From an uncultured Nitrososphaeria archaeon (lineage in GTDB: Archaea; Thermoproteota; Nitrososphaeria_A; Caldarchaeales; Wolframiiraptoraceae), in NCBI GenBank assembly GCA_964655015.1, contig CAZZKR010000011.1:21444-85443 (forward strand): DNA of 64,000 bases, read 5' to 3'. Within the stretch, counting starts at the first letter, position 1. The number at the start of each line of letters is the position of its first letter. The notes below the pieces were generated by a model. The model was not told the origin of the DNA, searched no databases, and saw nothing but the letters and a program-made list of their open reading frames with translations. The position numbers and the translations under genes are program-made. Shown piece after piece: positions 35,756 to 47,022 of this stretch.

Positions 35756-37585
35756 ATGCCAGAAAAGATAATAGGTATAGATTTGGGAACGAGCAACTCG
35801 GCTGCGGCGGTTGTCATAGGTGGAAGACCAGTAATTATACCGAGTGCAGAAGGTGTGACGCTTTACGGCAAAGCATTCCCATCCTATGTGGCCATTACGA
35901 AAGATGGGCAACTATTAGTCGGCGAGCCAGCCAGACGTCAAGCAGTAATGAATCCAGAAGGGACCGTGACTGCCTTCAAACGAAAGATGGGTACTGATTA
36001 TAAGTATGTGCTACATGGTAAGGAATTCACGCCGCAGCAGCTTTCCGCATTCTTACTTCAGAAAATTAAGAGAGATGCGGAAGCTTTCTTGGGGGAGCCT
36101 GTGAAGAAAGCGGTCATAACAGTTCCGGCATATTTCAACGATAATCAGCGACAGGCTACAAAGGATGCTGGCACGATAGCTGGCCTTGAGGTCGTTAGGA
36201 TAATAAATGAGCCAACCGCCGCCAGCCTTGCGTATGGTCTTGACAAGCAGGATAAAGAGATGAGAATAATGGTTTTTGACCTTGGCGGTGGAACACTTGA
36301 CGTGACCATACTTGAGTTTGGTGGTGGTGTGTTTGAAGTAAAAGCAACTTCTGGTGACACGCAGCTGGGAGGTACAGACATGGATAAAGTCTTAGTAGAT
36401 TATATCGTCAATAAGTTCAAGCAAGACACGGGTATTGACCTCACAAGGGATCCGATGGCGATGAATAGAGTGAGGGAGGCTGCCGAGAAGGCTAAGATAG
36501 AGCTATCGACGGTCTACGAGACCGAGATAAACCTTCCGTTCATAGCTCAAGATTCTTCAGGACCTAAGCATTTAACGATGACACTTACAAGGGCAAAGTT
36601 GGAAGAGCTTGTAAGACCGATAGTCGAAAGATGTGCGGGTCCGATGCGACAGGCACTCGCTGACGCAAAGCTTAGACCAGAAGACATAGATAAGATAATC
36701 TTAGTCGGCGGTCCAACTAGGATGCCGATTGTTAGGGAGTTTGTCAAGAATTTCATGGGGAAAGAGCCGGAGCGCGGTATAGATCCGATGGAGTGCGTTG
36801 CTATGGGCGCAGCGATACAAGGAGCAATAATAGCGGGTGAGATAAAGGATGTGCTTCTGTTAGATGTAACACCGCTCTCATTAGGTATAGAAACCTTAGG
36901 CGGCATATTCACGAAAATCATAGAGAGGAATACAACAATACCTGTCAGGAGAAGTCAGATATTTACAACAGCTGCCGACTTCCAGACGAGCGTTGAGATA
37001 CACGTCCTCCAAGGCGAGAGACCGATGGCGGCAGATAACATTTCACTTGGCAGGTTTGTGCTTGATGGTATACCTCCTGCACCAAGAGGTGTACCGAGGA
37101 TTGAGGTAACGTTTGACATAGATGTAAACGGAATACTTACGGTCACGGCAAAAGATCTAGGCACAGGTAGGGACGTCAGCGTAAAGATAACTGCACCACA
37201 TAGGCTCTCAAAGGAAGAAATAGAGAGGATGATAAAGGAAGCTGAAATGTACGCCGAGCAGGATAGGAAGAGAAAAGAGGAAGCAGAACTTAGGAATGAA
37301 GCAGAATCGCTAATTTACACAGTCGAAAAAGCTCTTAAAGATTTTGGAGATAAACTTCCGAACAATGTCAAGTCAAGAGTAGAGGAATCATTAAAGAAAC
37401 TAAAGAATGCTTTAACAGAGAAAGATATTCAAGAAATAAAGAACAGGATGGAGGAGTTGAGGAAAGTAGCGCAGGAAATGGGGATGGTGATATATCAACA
37501 ATCCGCACAGCAAAGCTCCAGCAGCTCAAGCTCGAAGACGGTTGATGCCGATTACAAAGTTGTTGATGATAGCAAAAAGAACTAA
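35756..37585 (+). CDS. dnaK: chaperone DnaK (Hsp70)
   Basis: [24 protein letters not shown] and a full substrate-binding domain. GGGGTGAT Shine-Dalgarno-like sequence upstream. Confidence 0.95.
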   Translation: MPEKIIGIDLGTSNSAAAVVIGGRPVIIPSAEGVTLYGKAFPSYVAITKDGQLLVGEPARRQAVMNPEGTVTAFKRKMGTDYKYVLHGKEFTPQQLSAFLLQKIKRDAEAFLGEPVKKAVITVPAYFNDNQRQATKDAGTIAGLEVVRIINEPTAASLAYGLDKQDKEMRIMVFDLGGGTLDVTILEFGGGVFEVKATSGDTQLGGTDMDKVLVDYIVNKFKQDTGIDLTRDPMAMNRVREAAEKAKIELSTVYETEINLPFIAQDSSGPKHLTMTLTRAKLEELVRPIVERCAGPMRQALADAKLRPEDIDKIILVGGPTRMPIVREFVKNFMGKEPERGIDPMECVAMGAAIQGAIIAGEIKDVLLLDVTPLSLGIETLGGIFTKIIERNTTIPVRRSQIFTTAADFQTSVEIHVLQGERPMAADNISLGRFVLDGIPPAPRGVPRIEVTFDIDVNGILTVTAKDLGTGRDVSVKITAPHRLSKEEIERMIKEAEMYAEQDRKRKEEAELRNEAESLIYTVEKALKDFGDKLPNNVKSRVEESLKKLKNALTEKDIQEIKNRMEELRKVAQEMGMVIYQQSAQQSSSSSSSKTVDADYKVVDDSKKN

Positions 37586-37642
37586 AATAATATCTTAATC
37601 GTAGTAGGTTGATATATTTCGGACACTTACAGTTTTTGGAAC

Positions 37643-38752
37643 ATGTCGAGTAGGGAGAAGAAAGACTATTACGAAATATTGGGAGTGCCTAGGAATGCGA
37701 CAAAAGAAGAGATAAAAAGAGCATACAGGAGGCTTGCGCTACAGTATCATCCTGACAGGAATAAATCGCCGGATGCTGAGGAGAAGTTCAAGGAGATAAG
37801 CGAGGCCTATGCCGTCCTTTCTGACGATGAAAAGCGAAGAATATATGACATGTATGGACACGCTGGCTTAAGCGGAACCTATACCCAGGAAGACATATTC
37901 AGAACGAGCACGTTCGACTTCGACGAGATATTCAGAGACCTTGGTTTCGACCTTGACTCGATATTCGAAAGATTCTTCGGCATCAGGAGGGGCCCACCAA
38001 AGGGGAGGGATGTCGTAATGGACTTAGAAGTGTCCCTTGAAGAAGCTTTTAATGGTGCTGAGAAGATCGTTAGTGTGCCAGTATCTGAAATTTGTAGCGC
38101 ATGTGGGGGCTCCGGAGCAGCACCTGGCGGTCTTAAGACATGCAAAGTATGCGGCGGAACAGGTCAAAAGGTTGACCGTAGAGAGACAATATTCGGTTTC
38201 TTTACTTCTGTTACAACATGTCCAGCATGTGGAGGTTCCGGAAAGTTCATCGAGAAGAAATGTCCAACGTGTAAAGGTTCTGGTCAAATTAAGGTCATGA
38301 AGAATATATCCGTAAAGATACCGAGGGGTGCTGACGATGAGTTGGTGCTAAGAATTCCTGAAATGGGCGAAAGATATGCGGGAGGCAAGCCCGGTGACCT
38401 TCTTTTGGTTGTAAGACTTAAACCCCATAAACTCTTTACACGAAAAGGTGACGATCTTTATTTAGACCTTCCTGTATCGATATCGGAGCTAGCTCTTGGC
38501 TCAAGGATCATGATACCAACACTCGATGGTAAGGTAGAGATAAACATACCTAGCGGAACCCCGCCTGGACATATTCTCACGATTAAGGGTAAAGGAATGC
38601 CTAGCATGCGAGGTGGCAGAGGGGACCTGAAGGTAAGACTCAAAGTAGTTATGCCAAAAAAGTTATCGCATGAGCATAGGAGATTATATGAACAACTATA
38701 CGATCTGGAGAGACCTTTTGTAGAGGAGGAAAGGAGATTGCTTAAAGATTAA
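37643..38752 (+). CDS. dnaJ: co-chaperone DnaJ (type I Hsp40)
   Basis: J domain with HPD. Four CxxCxGxG repeats ([32 protein letters not shown]). Confidence 0.95.
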   Translation: MSSREKKDYYEILGVPRNATKEEIKRAYRRLALQYHPDRNKSPDAEEKFKEISEAYAVLSDDEKRRIYDMYGHAGLSGTYTQEDIFRTSTFDFDEIFRDLGFDLDSIFERFFGIRRGPPKGRDVVMDLEVSLEEAFNGAEKIVSVPVSEICSACGGSGAAPGGLKTCKVCGGTGQKVDRRETIFGFFTSVTTCPACGGSGKFIEKKCPTCKGSGQIKVMKNISVKIPRGADDELVLRIPEMGERYAGGKPGDLLLVVRLKPHKLFTRKGDDLYLDLPVSISELALGSRIMIPTLDGKVEINIPSGTPPGHILTIKGKGMPSMRGGRGDLKVRLKVVMPKKLSHEHRRLYEQLYDLERPFVEEERRLLKD

Positions 38753-39171
38753 GCTATTTCCGAGATATACATAAGAGGATAATTCCCGAGAGATTTTACA
38801 GCCTTCATGCATGCTTTAACCCTTGCTTTACCATACTTAACGTAAACTTCAACATCCATCATGTCGGGGCTTAGTATTCTATAATCAAATTGATGACGTT
38901 TTTGAGCACTTAAGCTATGTGTTTTTATTCTTACCTTTGCGTTTACCTTATATGGTTGGAGCTTTATTGCATCCTCAATCACCCTTTCAAGCCTTCTAAG
39001 GTTTTGCAAATTACCCGTTACTGGTATGCCTATGAATTGATGAGCGATTGCACCAAGAGCTATGCCTGCCTCGAAAGCGCACCTCTCTCTATCCGTTACA
39101 TCTTTGGAGAAGAATCTTTCAGCGATTTGTTCTGATTTGCTAAGATTACGCGTTTTTCGCATAAAGCTCAT
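38749..39171 (-). CDS. mptD: archaeal dihydroneopterin aldolase (MptD-like)
   Basis: [19 protein letters not shown] and LQPYKV patterns match the MptD family as I recall it. The ATG at 39171 overlaps the upstream TGA (ATGA). Confidence 0.6.
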   Translation of the reverse strand: MSFMRKTRNLSKSEQIAERFFSKDVTDRERCAFEAGIALGAIAHQFIGIPVTGNLQNLRRLERVIEDAIKLQPYKVNAKVRIKTHSLSAQKRHQFDYRILSPDMMDVEVYVKYGKARVKACMKAVKSLGNYPLMYISEIA

Positions 39172-40274
39172 CTCTTTCCAAGATACTTTTCTTTTATGTC
39201 GCTTACATAAATATAATCCAAAACCGTACCACAAGAACGATGTATCTCCATATGTTCTACGAGTTCACGCATCCTGCCGCCAGCTAAACCGTCAGCTATA
39301 AGCGCCGCTCCTTGTGCAGCTTCTTTTACAATTTTAGCGAAGCCCTGTACTTTGTCGACGGGCGCTATGACGGATAGTCTTTTCTCGAGCTCCTCGTATA
39401 TGCCCGGAACTCTGCTAAGCCTTCCTGACAACATTATGGCTTGCGGTTTTCTTATAATCGTTTTCATAGACCAGACACATTTTTCGATACCTTCCATGAA
39501 AGCCTCCCAAGCAAGCGCAATCCTTCTATCCTTTTTGGCTTTTTCAGGAAACTCCTCTGGCATGAGTAATTCGTCACCAACGATAGACCTTACACCTCCC
39601 CTGAATAGGTCCGCTTTGCTTATGTTGCCGACCAAATATGCAACCTCACCGTCCCATGCACCGGACGTTAAGAAACCAGGCCCCGCTCTCGTACCCCCTA
39701 TTCCGTCAACAACCTTTCCAGATTCGATTGCTATTATAGCGTTATAGCCAAAGCCGACTTCGACCAGTATAAATGTGCACTCCTCGTACGGGACCTTGTA
39801 TCTTGATGAATAATCATGTATAGCGAGGACCGCGCAACAGAGCTTATCAGCAGTTCCCATGTCAACCGTATTGAACTTTCTATATTCTGGAACCGTCGGA
39901 AGATGTATGACACCTGGTAGGAAATACACTTTCAGAGGAGAATTTTTGAGACGTCTAACGGCTTCGGCAAGCCCCGTGAGAACCGGTATCTTTTCGTCTT
40001 CTTTTTTGTGAAGGACCATAAGGAAGATGTGCTCTTCTGTTAAATCATCTAAGCTAACGAGTGGCAGACCATAACCAGACGGGCCAGCGATCAGGTCGAG
40101 GGGTTCAGCCTCCTTAAGCGTCTCGAGCAGGATCTCAGGTCGCTTGGCTACGGCTTCCGATGGTATTGACTTCTCATAGAAAATGTTGAGGTCTTCTAAG
40201 CCGCAGAAATCAAAGCTTTTCGTTCCAGGGTCAACACCAACAACCCTTACCAATCCTATCACACCATCAGCCAT
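39168..40274 (-). CDS. DUF1464-family ASKHA (actin/sugar-kinase-like) ATPase
   Basis: VVGVDPGTKSFD phosphate-1-like motif. 368 aa. Confidence 0.55.
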   Translation of the reverse strand: MADGVIGLVRVVGVDPGTKSFDFCGLEDLNIFYEKSIPSEAVAKRPEILLETLKEAEPLDLIAGPSGYGLPLVSLDDLTEEHIFLMVLHKKEDEKIPVLTGLAEAVRRLKNSPLKVYFLPGVIHLPTVPEYRKFNTVDMGTADKLCCAVLAIHDYSSRYKVPYEECTFILVEVGFGYNAIIAIESGKVVDGIGGTRAGPGFLTSGAWDGEVAYLVGNISKADLFRGGVRSIVGDELLMPEEFPEKAKKDRRIALAWEAFMEGIEKCVWSMKTIIRKPQAIMLSGRLSRVPGIYEELEKRLSVIAPVDKVQGFAKIVKEAAQGAALIADGLAGGRMRELVEHMEIHRSCGTVLDYIYVSDIKEKYLGKR

Positions 40275-40513
40275 ACAAATTAATGTATAAGATTTTCAAT
40301 ACAGTTGGACAAGAATTCACCCTCTTGCTTTTTGAAAATCTTAGCAAAAGACACCCTTCGCACTACCTTTCCAGTCTACAAGCGTACCGTAACAATCGAA
40401 TGTTAATCTCTCGAACCTGAACACATAACGCGTTATGCTTTTTTAGAATTTAAAATAATTGCCGCTCAGGAAACGTTTATTTTAATCTCTTAGAGTTTAT
40501 AAACGTAAACCGG

Positions 40514-41911
40514 GTGAACAACTTGCAGAAATTATTAAAACCGACGGCTTACATTGGCGCAGTTATACTCGCAGGAATACTGTCTTCGGCTCTTGGTATG
40601 TCATTGGCACAGACCATATCATTAGTTGTGTTCTCAGGCATAATCATAGGTACGTTGTTCTATTGGAGGATGAGGTTAGCTTTTGCTCTAACAGGATTAA
40701 GTATACTTTTTGTTACCGGTGTAATGAATTTACAACATTTCATTGAGTTTGCTAGCTTAGACATAATAGTATTTCTAATTGGAATGATGATCGTTATAGG
40801 ATTTCTTGAGGAGAGGCGATTCTTCGAAGCATTGCTCGAACGTATCATGGGGTTTGCAAAGGGGAGTGCAGTAAAGACGATATCTTTGCTCATGCTAATG
40901 GCTGCACTATCCGCAGCCCTCGTTGACGAAGTAACATCTATCCTATTCATTATGGCAACAGCAATTCACCTTGCGGCATGTCTCAACCTTTCGATAGTTC
41001 CTTTAATGATGATGCTAGTTTTTGCAACAAACATAGGAAGTAGCGCAACCGTTGTCGGTAACCCCGTCGGTATCATGATAGCGATGAAGGCAAAACTTAC
41101 TTTCATGGACTTCATAAGGTGGGCGACACCTATTGCGATAATAGGTCTGGGTCTTTCTGTACTCCTGTCCTTTGCTTATTTTAAAGGCTATATAAAGAGT
41201 ATGAGTGACGCTATGGTTAATACAAGGCAGCAGATGGCTAAAGTTCAGGAGAGCACCAAGACAAAATTTGATGTAACTTCTGTCCTTCTATTTGTAGGGA
41301 CTTTATTGGGTCTAGTGTTGCACGGTCAGATAGAGTATTATCTTAAATTGGAAAAAAACACGATGCTCATAGGTGTTGCGGTAATCTCTGCGGCCATTGC
41401 GCTTTTATTAATGAAGGACAAGGCTAGGGAGCTTGTTGAGAGGCGGGTAGATTGGTGGACATTGGTCTTCTTCTTGACATTCTTTTCATCTGTTGGCACG
41501 CTTAAATATACTGGTGTGATAACGAAAATTTCTAACGCCTTGTTGGAATTCACAGGTGGGGATCAACTTTTGATATTTTTTATGTTTAGTGTAATCGTTG
41601 GTCTGGTATCAGCTTTTATGGATAACGTTCTAGCAGTAGCTACCTTTATTCCAATAGTCTCCGATATTGGTAGTGCTGGTGTTAACGTTTTCCCAATTTG
41701 GTGGGGTATGTTATTCGGTGCTACTTGGATGGGAAATCTGACGATAATTGGAAGCACTGCTAACATAGTGGCAGTAGGTATGATCGAAAGACAAAGGCTT
41801 GGACATGTTGCCTTTCGCGAATGGATAGTGCCTGGTGCCGTAGTATCTCTGGTAACTTTTCCCGTTGCTCTCTTGTTACTATACATTCAGCTACCGTTTA
41901 TGCCCAGCTAA
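40514..41911 (+). CDS. ArsB/NhaD-superfamily (citrate-transporter-like) permease
   Basis: 465 aa with about 11-12 TM helices in two halves and a central hydrophilic loop. GTG start. Confidence 0.65.
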   Translation: MNNLQKLLKPTAYIGAVILAGILSSALGMSLAQTISLVVFSGIIIGTLFYWRMRLAFALTGLSILFVTGVMNLQHFIEFASLDIIVFLIGMMIVIGFLEERRFFEALLERIMGFAKGSAVKTISLLMLMAALSAALVDEVTSILFIMATAIHLAACLNLSIVPLMMMLVFATNIGSSATVVGNPVGIMIAMKAKLTFMDFIRWATPIAIIGLGLSVLLSFAYFKGYIKSMSDAMVNTRQQMAKVQESTKTKFDVTSVLLFVGTLLGLVLHGQIEYYLKLEKNTMLIGVAVISAAIALLLMKDKARELVERRVDWWTLVFFLTFFSSVGTLKYTGVITKISNALLEFTGGDQLLIFFMFSVIVGLVSAFMDNVLAVATFIPIVSDIGSAGVNVFPIWWGMLFGATWMGNLTIIGSTANIVAVGMIERQRLGHVAFREWIVPGAVVSLVTFPVALLLLYIQLPFMPS

Positions 41912-42156
41912 TCCGTTTTCGGCTTCGATACAATAATTAACTTCTCCCCATTCATATCAACCCATACTTCATGTCCCAGTCTAAGCAACAACCTGAACAC
42001 ATCGGCCCATGGGAACTTCATATGATTAAGAACCTCTATTCGGTAACCGCCGTATTCTTCCATCACATTCCCGTGATCTTCTACGATGTCCTCTAGGATC
42101 ACTCGTGGATCAGCACATTTCTCACCATCAGACTTGCCTTTTTTGTTACTCAACAC
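41908..42156 (-). CDS. hypothetical protein (82 aa)
   Basis: ORF only. Confidence 0.3.
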   Translation of the reverse strand: MLSNKKGKSDGEKCADPRVILEDIVEDHGNVMEEYGGYRIEVLNHMKFPWADVFRLLLRLGHEVWVDMNGEKLIIVSKPKTD

Positions 42157-42274
42157 TTTTATCTCCGCCCAAATTGATATGTTTATCGTTTTTTAAGTTA
42201 ATCCCAAAATAAATATATAGGTTTTCTATCGGCTTAAAAATATTTATCTAAGTCCCTATTTTGCAGAAAGGTAA

Positions 42275-43612
42275 ATGTCATCCGAGAAAGACAACCTGAT
42301 CTACGCTAAAGCGGCGTATGAGCGTATTCTTAACCTTTTGGAAGAGCATCATCGTTTCATCAAAGATTCAATACCTTTGATAGCTAGCGAGAACGTACCG
42401 AGTCCAGCCGTGAGAGAGGCCTTGGCATCGGACTTCGGTAATAGATATGCAGAAGGATGGCCTGGTGAGAGGATATATGCTGGTTGCAAATACATAGATG
42501 AAGTCGAGCTTTTGGCAATAGAGCTCGGTAAGAAGTTATTCAAAGCAGAGTTCGTTGACGTTAGGCCAATATCAGGTGTTGTCGCAAATTTGATAGCATA
42601 CACTGCTTTCACGGAACCGGGTGATGTCATGATGTCTTTAGCCATACAGCACGGCGGCCATATAAGTCATAATAAGCGGAGCTGGGGAGGGACAGCAGGT
42701 GTTGTTAGGGGTTTGGTCGTTGAACATTATGAGTTTGACGAATACAACTACGAAATTGATTTAGATGCAACTTATAAAAAGCTCAAATCTTTAACGTCTG
42801 AGGGAAAGAAGCCTAAACTCTTCATGTTAGGAGCAAGCGTTTTTCTCTTTCCGCATCCAGTAAGGGAAATAGCTGAAATGGCTAAAGAATTCGATGCCCA
42901 CGTAGTTTATGACGCTGCGCATGTTGCGGGTCTAATTGCTGGTGGAATTTTCCAAGACCCGTTACGAGAAGGTGCTGATGTAATGACAATGAGCACGCAT
43001 AAGACCCTCGCAGGCCCACAACACGGGATGCTTTGTTCGTGGAACAAATACGAAGAAGCCCTAAAGAAAGCTGCTTTTCCGGGCATGCTGAGCAACCATC
43101 ACCTTCATGCCGTAGCCGGTGTAGCAATTTGTCTCGCGGAAGCCATAGCATTCTATAAGGATTACGCTAAACAGATTGTGAGAAATTCTAAAGCTCTCGC
43201 TCAAGCCCTTTACGAGAGGGGTATTGACGTCTTATATGAGCATAGAGGTTTTACGGAATCTCATACGATAGTGGCCGACGTAAGTAAGTATATGAACGGT
43301 AAGCAGGCAGAGGAAAAATTAGAGCAAGCTAAAATAATAATTAACAGGAACCTTATCCCGAAAGATTATAGACTTAAGACTGACTATAGAACGCCAAGCG
43401 GGATACGTCTTGGAACACAGGAAGTTACAAGGCTAGGTATGAGGGAGAGTGAGATGGAGTGGATAGCAGAACTCATAGCCAAGGTAATAGTTAAGGGTGA
43501 GGACCCCTCGAAGGTTGCACTGGAGGTCTCTGAGCTTAAGAGACCCTTCAACAAGGTTCACTACTGTTTTTCTTCAAAAACTGAAGCATACGCCTATATA
43601 CAAATAAGATAG
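42275..43612 (+). CDS. glyA: serine hydroxymethyltransferase
   Basis: PLP-lysine motif TMSTHKTLAGPQ. Collinear 445 aa. Confidence 0.9.
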   Translation: MSSEKDNLIYAKAAYERILNLLEEHHRFIKDSIPLIASENVPSPAVREALASDFGNRYAEGWPGERIYAGCKYIDEVELLAIELGKKLFKAEFVDVRPISGVVANLIAYTAFTEPGDVMMSLAIQHGGHISHNKRSWGGTAGVVRGLVVEHYEFDEYNYEIDLDATYKKLKSLTSEGKKPKLFMLGASVFLFPHPVREIAEMAKEFDAHVVYDAAHVAGLIAGGIFQDPLREGADVMTMSTHKTLAGPQHGMLCSWNKYEEALKKAAFPGMLSNHHLHAVAGVAICLAEAIAFYKDYAKQIVRNSKALAQALYERGIDVLYEHRGFTESHTIVADVSKYMNGKQAEEKLEQAKIIINRNLIPKDYRLKTDYRTPSGIRLGTQEVTRLGMRESEMEWIAELIAKVIVKGEDPSKVALEVSELKRPFNKVHYCFSSKTEAYAYIQIR

Positions 43613-43617
43613 CCAAA

Positions 43618-44901
43618 TTATTCCTTCTTAGGTCTTAAGACTTCTATACCATCCATGTAAGGTCGCAAAACTTCTGGTATGATTACAGAACCATCCTTTT
43701 GCTGGTAATTTTCAAGTATAGCGGCAATTGTCCTCTCAGTTGCTATCGCCGTACTGTTCAATGTATGTACATATTTCGTTCTTTCCTCATGCGGCATTTC
43801 TCTGTATCTGATGTTAAGCCTTCTTGCTTGATAATCAGTACAGTTGCTACACGAAACTATTTCCCTGTACCTCTTTTGCGCTGGCATCCATACCTCTATA
43901 TCGTATTTTTTCGCGGCAACAACTCCTAATTCACCCAAACATATGTTGACAACTCTGTAAGGAAGACCGAGTTTTTGATAAATTTCTTCAGCATTTGATA
44001 GCAAGAACTCATGCTCCTCCCAAGACTGCTCCGGTTTACAGAATACGAATTGCTCGACCTTTTCGAATTGATGAACCCTAAATATTCCTTTCGTATCCTT
44101 TCCATGCGCACCAGCTTCTTTCCTAAAGCATGGACTTATCCCGGCATATCTTAGGGGCAAACGTCTTCCATCGAGCACTTCATTAGCATGAAGGGCGGCG
44201 AGTGAATGCTCCGAAGTTGCGATAAGATAAAGGTCTTCCCCTTCGATTTTGTATATCATATCCTCAAAGTCCTGCAGACTCGTAACACCTTCAATAACCC
44301 ATCTCCTTAGCATGTACGGCGTCTGGTAGATTTCAAAACCCTTTTTTGCAAGTAAGTCCAAAGCGAACCTTATTAAAGCTAGATTGAGTTTGACGAGTTC
44401 GTTTTTGAGGTAATAAAATCTCGCCCCAGAAGCTTTACTAGCCCTTTCTATCTCCAATAAGCCGAGACCTATGGCGATTTCGTCGTGATCCTTCACCTCA
44501 AAGTCAAACTCTGGTATTTTACCCCACCTCCTAACCTCAACATTATCTTCCTCGCTAGTGCCAGGCGGAACCGATTCATGAGGTATGTTGGGTATTCTCA
44601 TCATCACGTAATTTATTTTGTTCTCAAGCTCAGCTATTCTATCCTCCAGTCTTGCTATCTCGTCCGTAAGAGTTTTCATTTCCTGCATAAGAGCCGTCGG
44701 ATCTCTCCCCTCTTTTTTCATATTAGCTATCTCAAGTGATACAATGTTTTTTCTATGACGTAGGTTCTGTACCTCTATCGTGAGCCTCCTCTTTTCTTTA
44801 TCCCATTCTAAGAGTTCATCAATTGGTAAATTTAGGCCTCTTTTCATCAGCATGTCCTTAATAAATCCCGGATTATCCCTGATTATCTTGATGTCTATCA
44901 T
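43618..44901 (-). CDS. serS: seryl-tRNA synthetase
   Basis: N-terminal coiled-coil arm and class II core (RVHQFEKVEQF). Confidence 0.9.
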   Translation of the reverse strand: MIDIKIIRDNPGFIKDMLMKRGLNLPIDELLEWDKEKRRLTIEVQNLRHRKNIVSLEIANMKKEGRDPTALMQEMKTLTDEIARLEDRIAELENKINYVMMRIPNIPHESVPPGTSEEDNVEVRRWGKIPEFDFEVKDHDEIAIGLGLLEIERASKASGARFYYLKNELVKLNLALIRFALDLLAKKGFEIYQTPYMLRRWVIEGVTSLQDFEDMIYKIEGEDLYLIATSEHSLAALHANEVLDGRRLPLRYAGISPCFRKEAGAHGKDTKGIFRVHQFEKVEQFVFCKPEQSWEEHEFLLSNAEEIYQKLGLPYRVVNICLGELGVVAAKKYDIEVWMPAQKRYREIVSCSNCTDYQARRLNIRYREMPHEERTKYVHTLNSTAIATERTIAAILENYQQKDGSVIIPEVLRPYMDGIEVLRPKKE

Positions 44902-45037
44902 GGCATTTTACAGCAAACCAGAACGTCTCACTCTATATACTTTTTGATATGACGCTGATAGTTAGTGCCATATATGTAACGGTCGTTATGATATAGGGAG
45001 AAATTCATCAAAACTTTTTAATTACCAGTCATATCTT

Positions 45038-46285
45038 TTGAAATACGAAGGGTTGCTTGGTGAGAGTAAAGTGCCCATAAAAATTGGTCTTATAGGTAAG
45101 ACGAATACCGGCAAGACGACGTTTTTTAACGCTGCTACGCTCCAGTCGGCTGAAGTTTCTACGTATCCCTTCACAACAAAGCGTCCGAATTACGGAATAG
45201 CAAATGCCATAACTCTCTGCGTATGTAGGGAGTTTAATGTGAAAGATAATCCTAAAAATTCAAGATGTGTTGATGGTTGGAGACACATACCGATTGAGTT
45301 AATAGATTTACCTGGCCTAATAAAAGGTGCTTGGGCAGGAAAAGGGCTTGGAAACCAATTTTTAGCGGTAGCATCGGAGGCTGACGCCCTTCTACATGTT
45401 GTTGACGTATCCGGTAGTGTTGACGAAGAAGGTAGGTTAACAGAACCGGGTCAAGGAAATCCGATAGCTGATGTTTACGACGTCGAAGAAGAGTTGGTTA
45501 TGTGGTTCCTTAAACTTCTAGATAAATCCGAGAGTAGGATACTCAAGGACATAAAGTCTGGAAAATCGTTAGAAGAGAGTATAGCAGACATTTTGAGAGG
45601 GGCAAAAATAACAGTCGAGCATGTAAGAATTGCACTAAAGCAAAGTGGTTTAGAGAATAAAGATTTTGAGAACTGGACTGGTATGGATGATAAAAAATTT
45701 GCGGAGAAATTGAGAGAAGTTTCGAAACCTACCATAATAGTTGCCAACAAAATAGACATAGAGACGGCATCCAAAAACTTTAGGCTATTGGTAGATCAAT
45801 TTTCTGATAAGATAGTTGTTCCATGCAGTGCTGAAGCGGAGTTGTTGTTAAGGAGGGCTGAACAAAAGGGTTACATAAAGTATATACCAGGTGAGGAAAC
45901 TTTCGAGATAATTCAGGAAAGTTCACTAACGGATAAACAGCGCTGGGCCCTGGACTTTGTCAGGGATAAAGTCTTAAAGGAATATATGAGAACGGGCGTT
46001 CAGTTTGCAATAAACGTAGCAGTCTTTAAACTATTGAGAATGAATACGATCTACCCCGTATATGATGTAACAAAATTGACAGATAGGCATGGAAACATCT
46101 TACCCGACGCATACTTACTCCCAAGTGGTTCCACCGTGGCGGACTTAGCAAAAGAGATACATAGCGAACTGGCAAAGGGACTCTTGTATGCAATAGACGC
46201 TAGAACTGGTCTAAGGTTACCTGCCGACTATCAACTTAAAGATAGGGACGTTCTATCAATAGTGTCAACTACTAAGAGAGGCTAG
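45038..46285 (+). CDS. Obg-like (YchF/Drg-type) GTPase with C-terminal TGS domain
   Basis: G1 GKTNTGKTT, G3 DLPGLIKGA, G4 ANKID. Exact start uncertain (TTG 45038 or a downstream GTG). Confidence 0.8.
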   Translation: MKYEGLLGESKVPIKIGLIGKTNTGKTTFFNAATLQSAEVSTYPFTTKRPNYGIANAITLCVCREFNVKDNPKNSRCVDGWRHIPIELIDLPGLIKGAWAGKGLGNQFLAVASEADALLHVVDVSGSVDEEGRLTEPGQGNPIADVYDVEEELVMWFLKLLDKSESRILKDIKSGKSLEESIADILRGAKITVEHVRIALKQSGLENKDFENWTGMDDKKFAEKLREVSKPTIIVANKIDIETASKNFRLLVDQFSDKIVVPCSAEAELLLRRAEQKGYIKYIPGEETFEIIQESSLTDKQRWALDFVRDKVLKEYMRTGVQFAINVAVFKLLRMNTIYPVYDVTKLTDRHGNILPDAYLLPSGSTVADLAKEIHSELAKGLLYAIDARTGLRLPADYQLKDRDVLSIVSTTKRG

Positions 46286-46336
46286 GGATTTTGTTAAGAC
46301 TTTAAGAAACTTCATCATCACTTTAGGGAACGTCTC

Positions 46337-47017
46337 ATGAACGTCAAAGGTAAGCAACTTCGTACGAAAGCAGTAATTTTCGACCTAGATGGTACATTGA
46401 TTGAGTTCAAGCTTAGGTTTAATGATGCAAAGCTTGAAATAATCTCAAGGTTAAGAGAGTTGGGGATTGATCCCGGGAACTTATCACCAGAAGACTCGAT
46501 ACAAACTATAATTTCAAAGGTAATGAGCATGAATGAGGCTGCAAATAAGGAGTTTAATGAACGTGTTAGGTCCGAAATTTTTAAGATTATGGAAAAGTAC
46601 GAACTTGAGGCAGCATCAAACCCATCGCCTAAAGATGATGCGCTAAAAGTTCTTAAGAACCTAAGGTCTATGAACATTATGGTGGCAGTAGCGACAAACA
46701 GTTGCAGGAAAGCCTCATTGTTGACACTCCAAAAATGTGGCATGCTCGATTACATCAACGTCGTGATAACTAGGGATGATGTTGAAAGAATTAAGCCAGC
46801 AAACGACTTGCTAAAGAGGGCGTTGGACCTGCTTGGAGTATCTCCAGAAGAGGCGGTTTATGTTGGCGATACCGTATATGATATAGAGGCCGCAAAGAGT
46901 ATGGGTATGAAATCCGTATCCGTCTTAGGAGGAGCTCACTCGGAGAGCATGCTGGTCGAGAAGAAGCCGGATTTTATTATAAAGTCCTTATCTGAACTTC
47001 TAAACATTCTCCAATAA
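46337..47017 (+). CDS. HAD-superfamily hydrolase (phosphoglycolate phosphatase-like)
   Basis: VIFDLDGTL motif I and VGDTVYDIEAA motif. Confidence 0.75.
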   Translation: MNVKGKQLRTKAVIFDLDGTLIEFKLRFNDAKLEIISRLRELGIDPGNLSPEDSIQTIISKVMSMNEAANKEFNERVRSEIFKIMEKYELEAASNPSPKDDALKVLKNLRSMNIMVAVATNSCRKASLLTLQKCGMLDYINVVITRDDVERIKPANDLLKRALDLLGVSPEEAVYVGDTVYDIEAAKSMGMKSVSVLGGAHSESMLVEKKPDFIIKSLSELLNILQ

Positions 47018-47022
47018 TAGCT

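Noticed and set aside
35689-35997. 102-aa plus-strand ORF overlapping the dnaK start. The similar small ORFs 31910-32170(-) and 54809-55000(+) were also considered.
   Set aside because: These overlap dnaK, promoter regions or the tRNA-Pro gene respectively, and show no coding signal.
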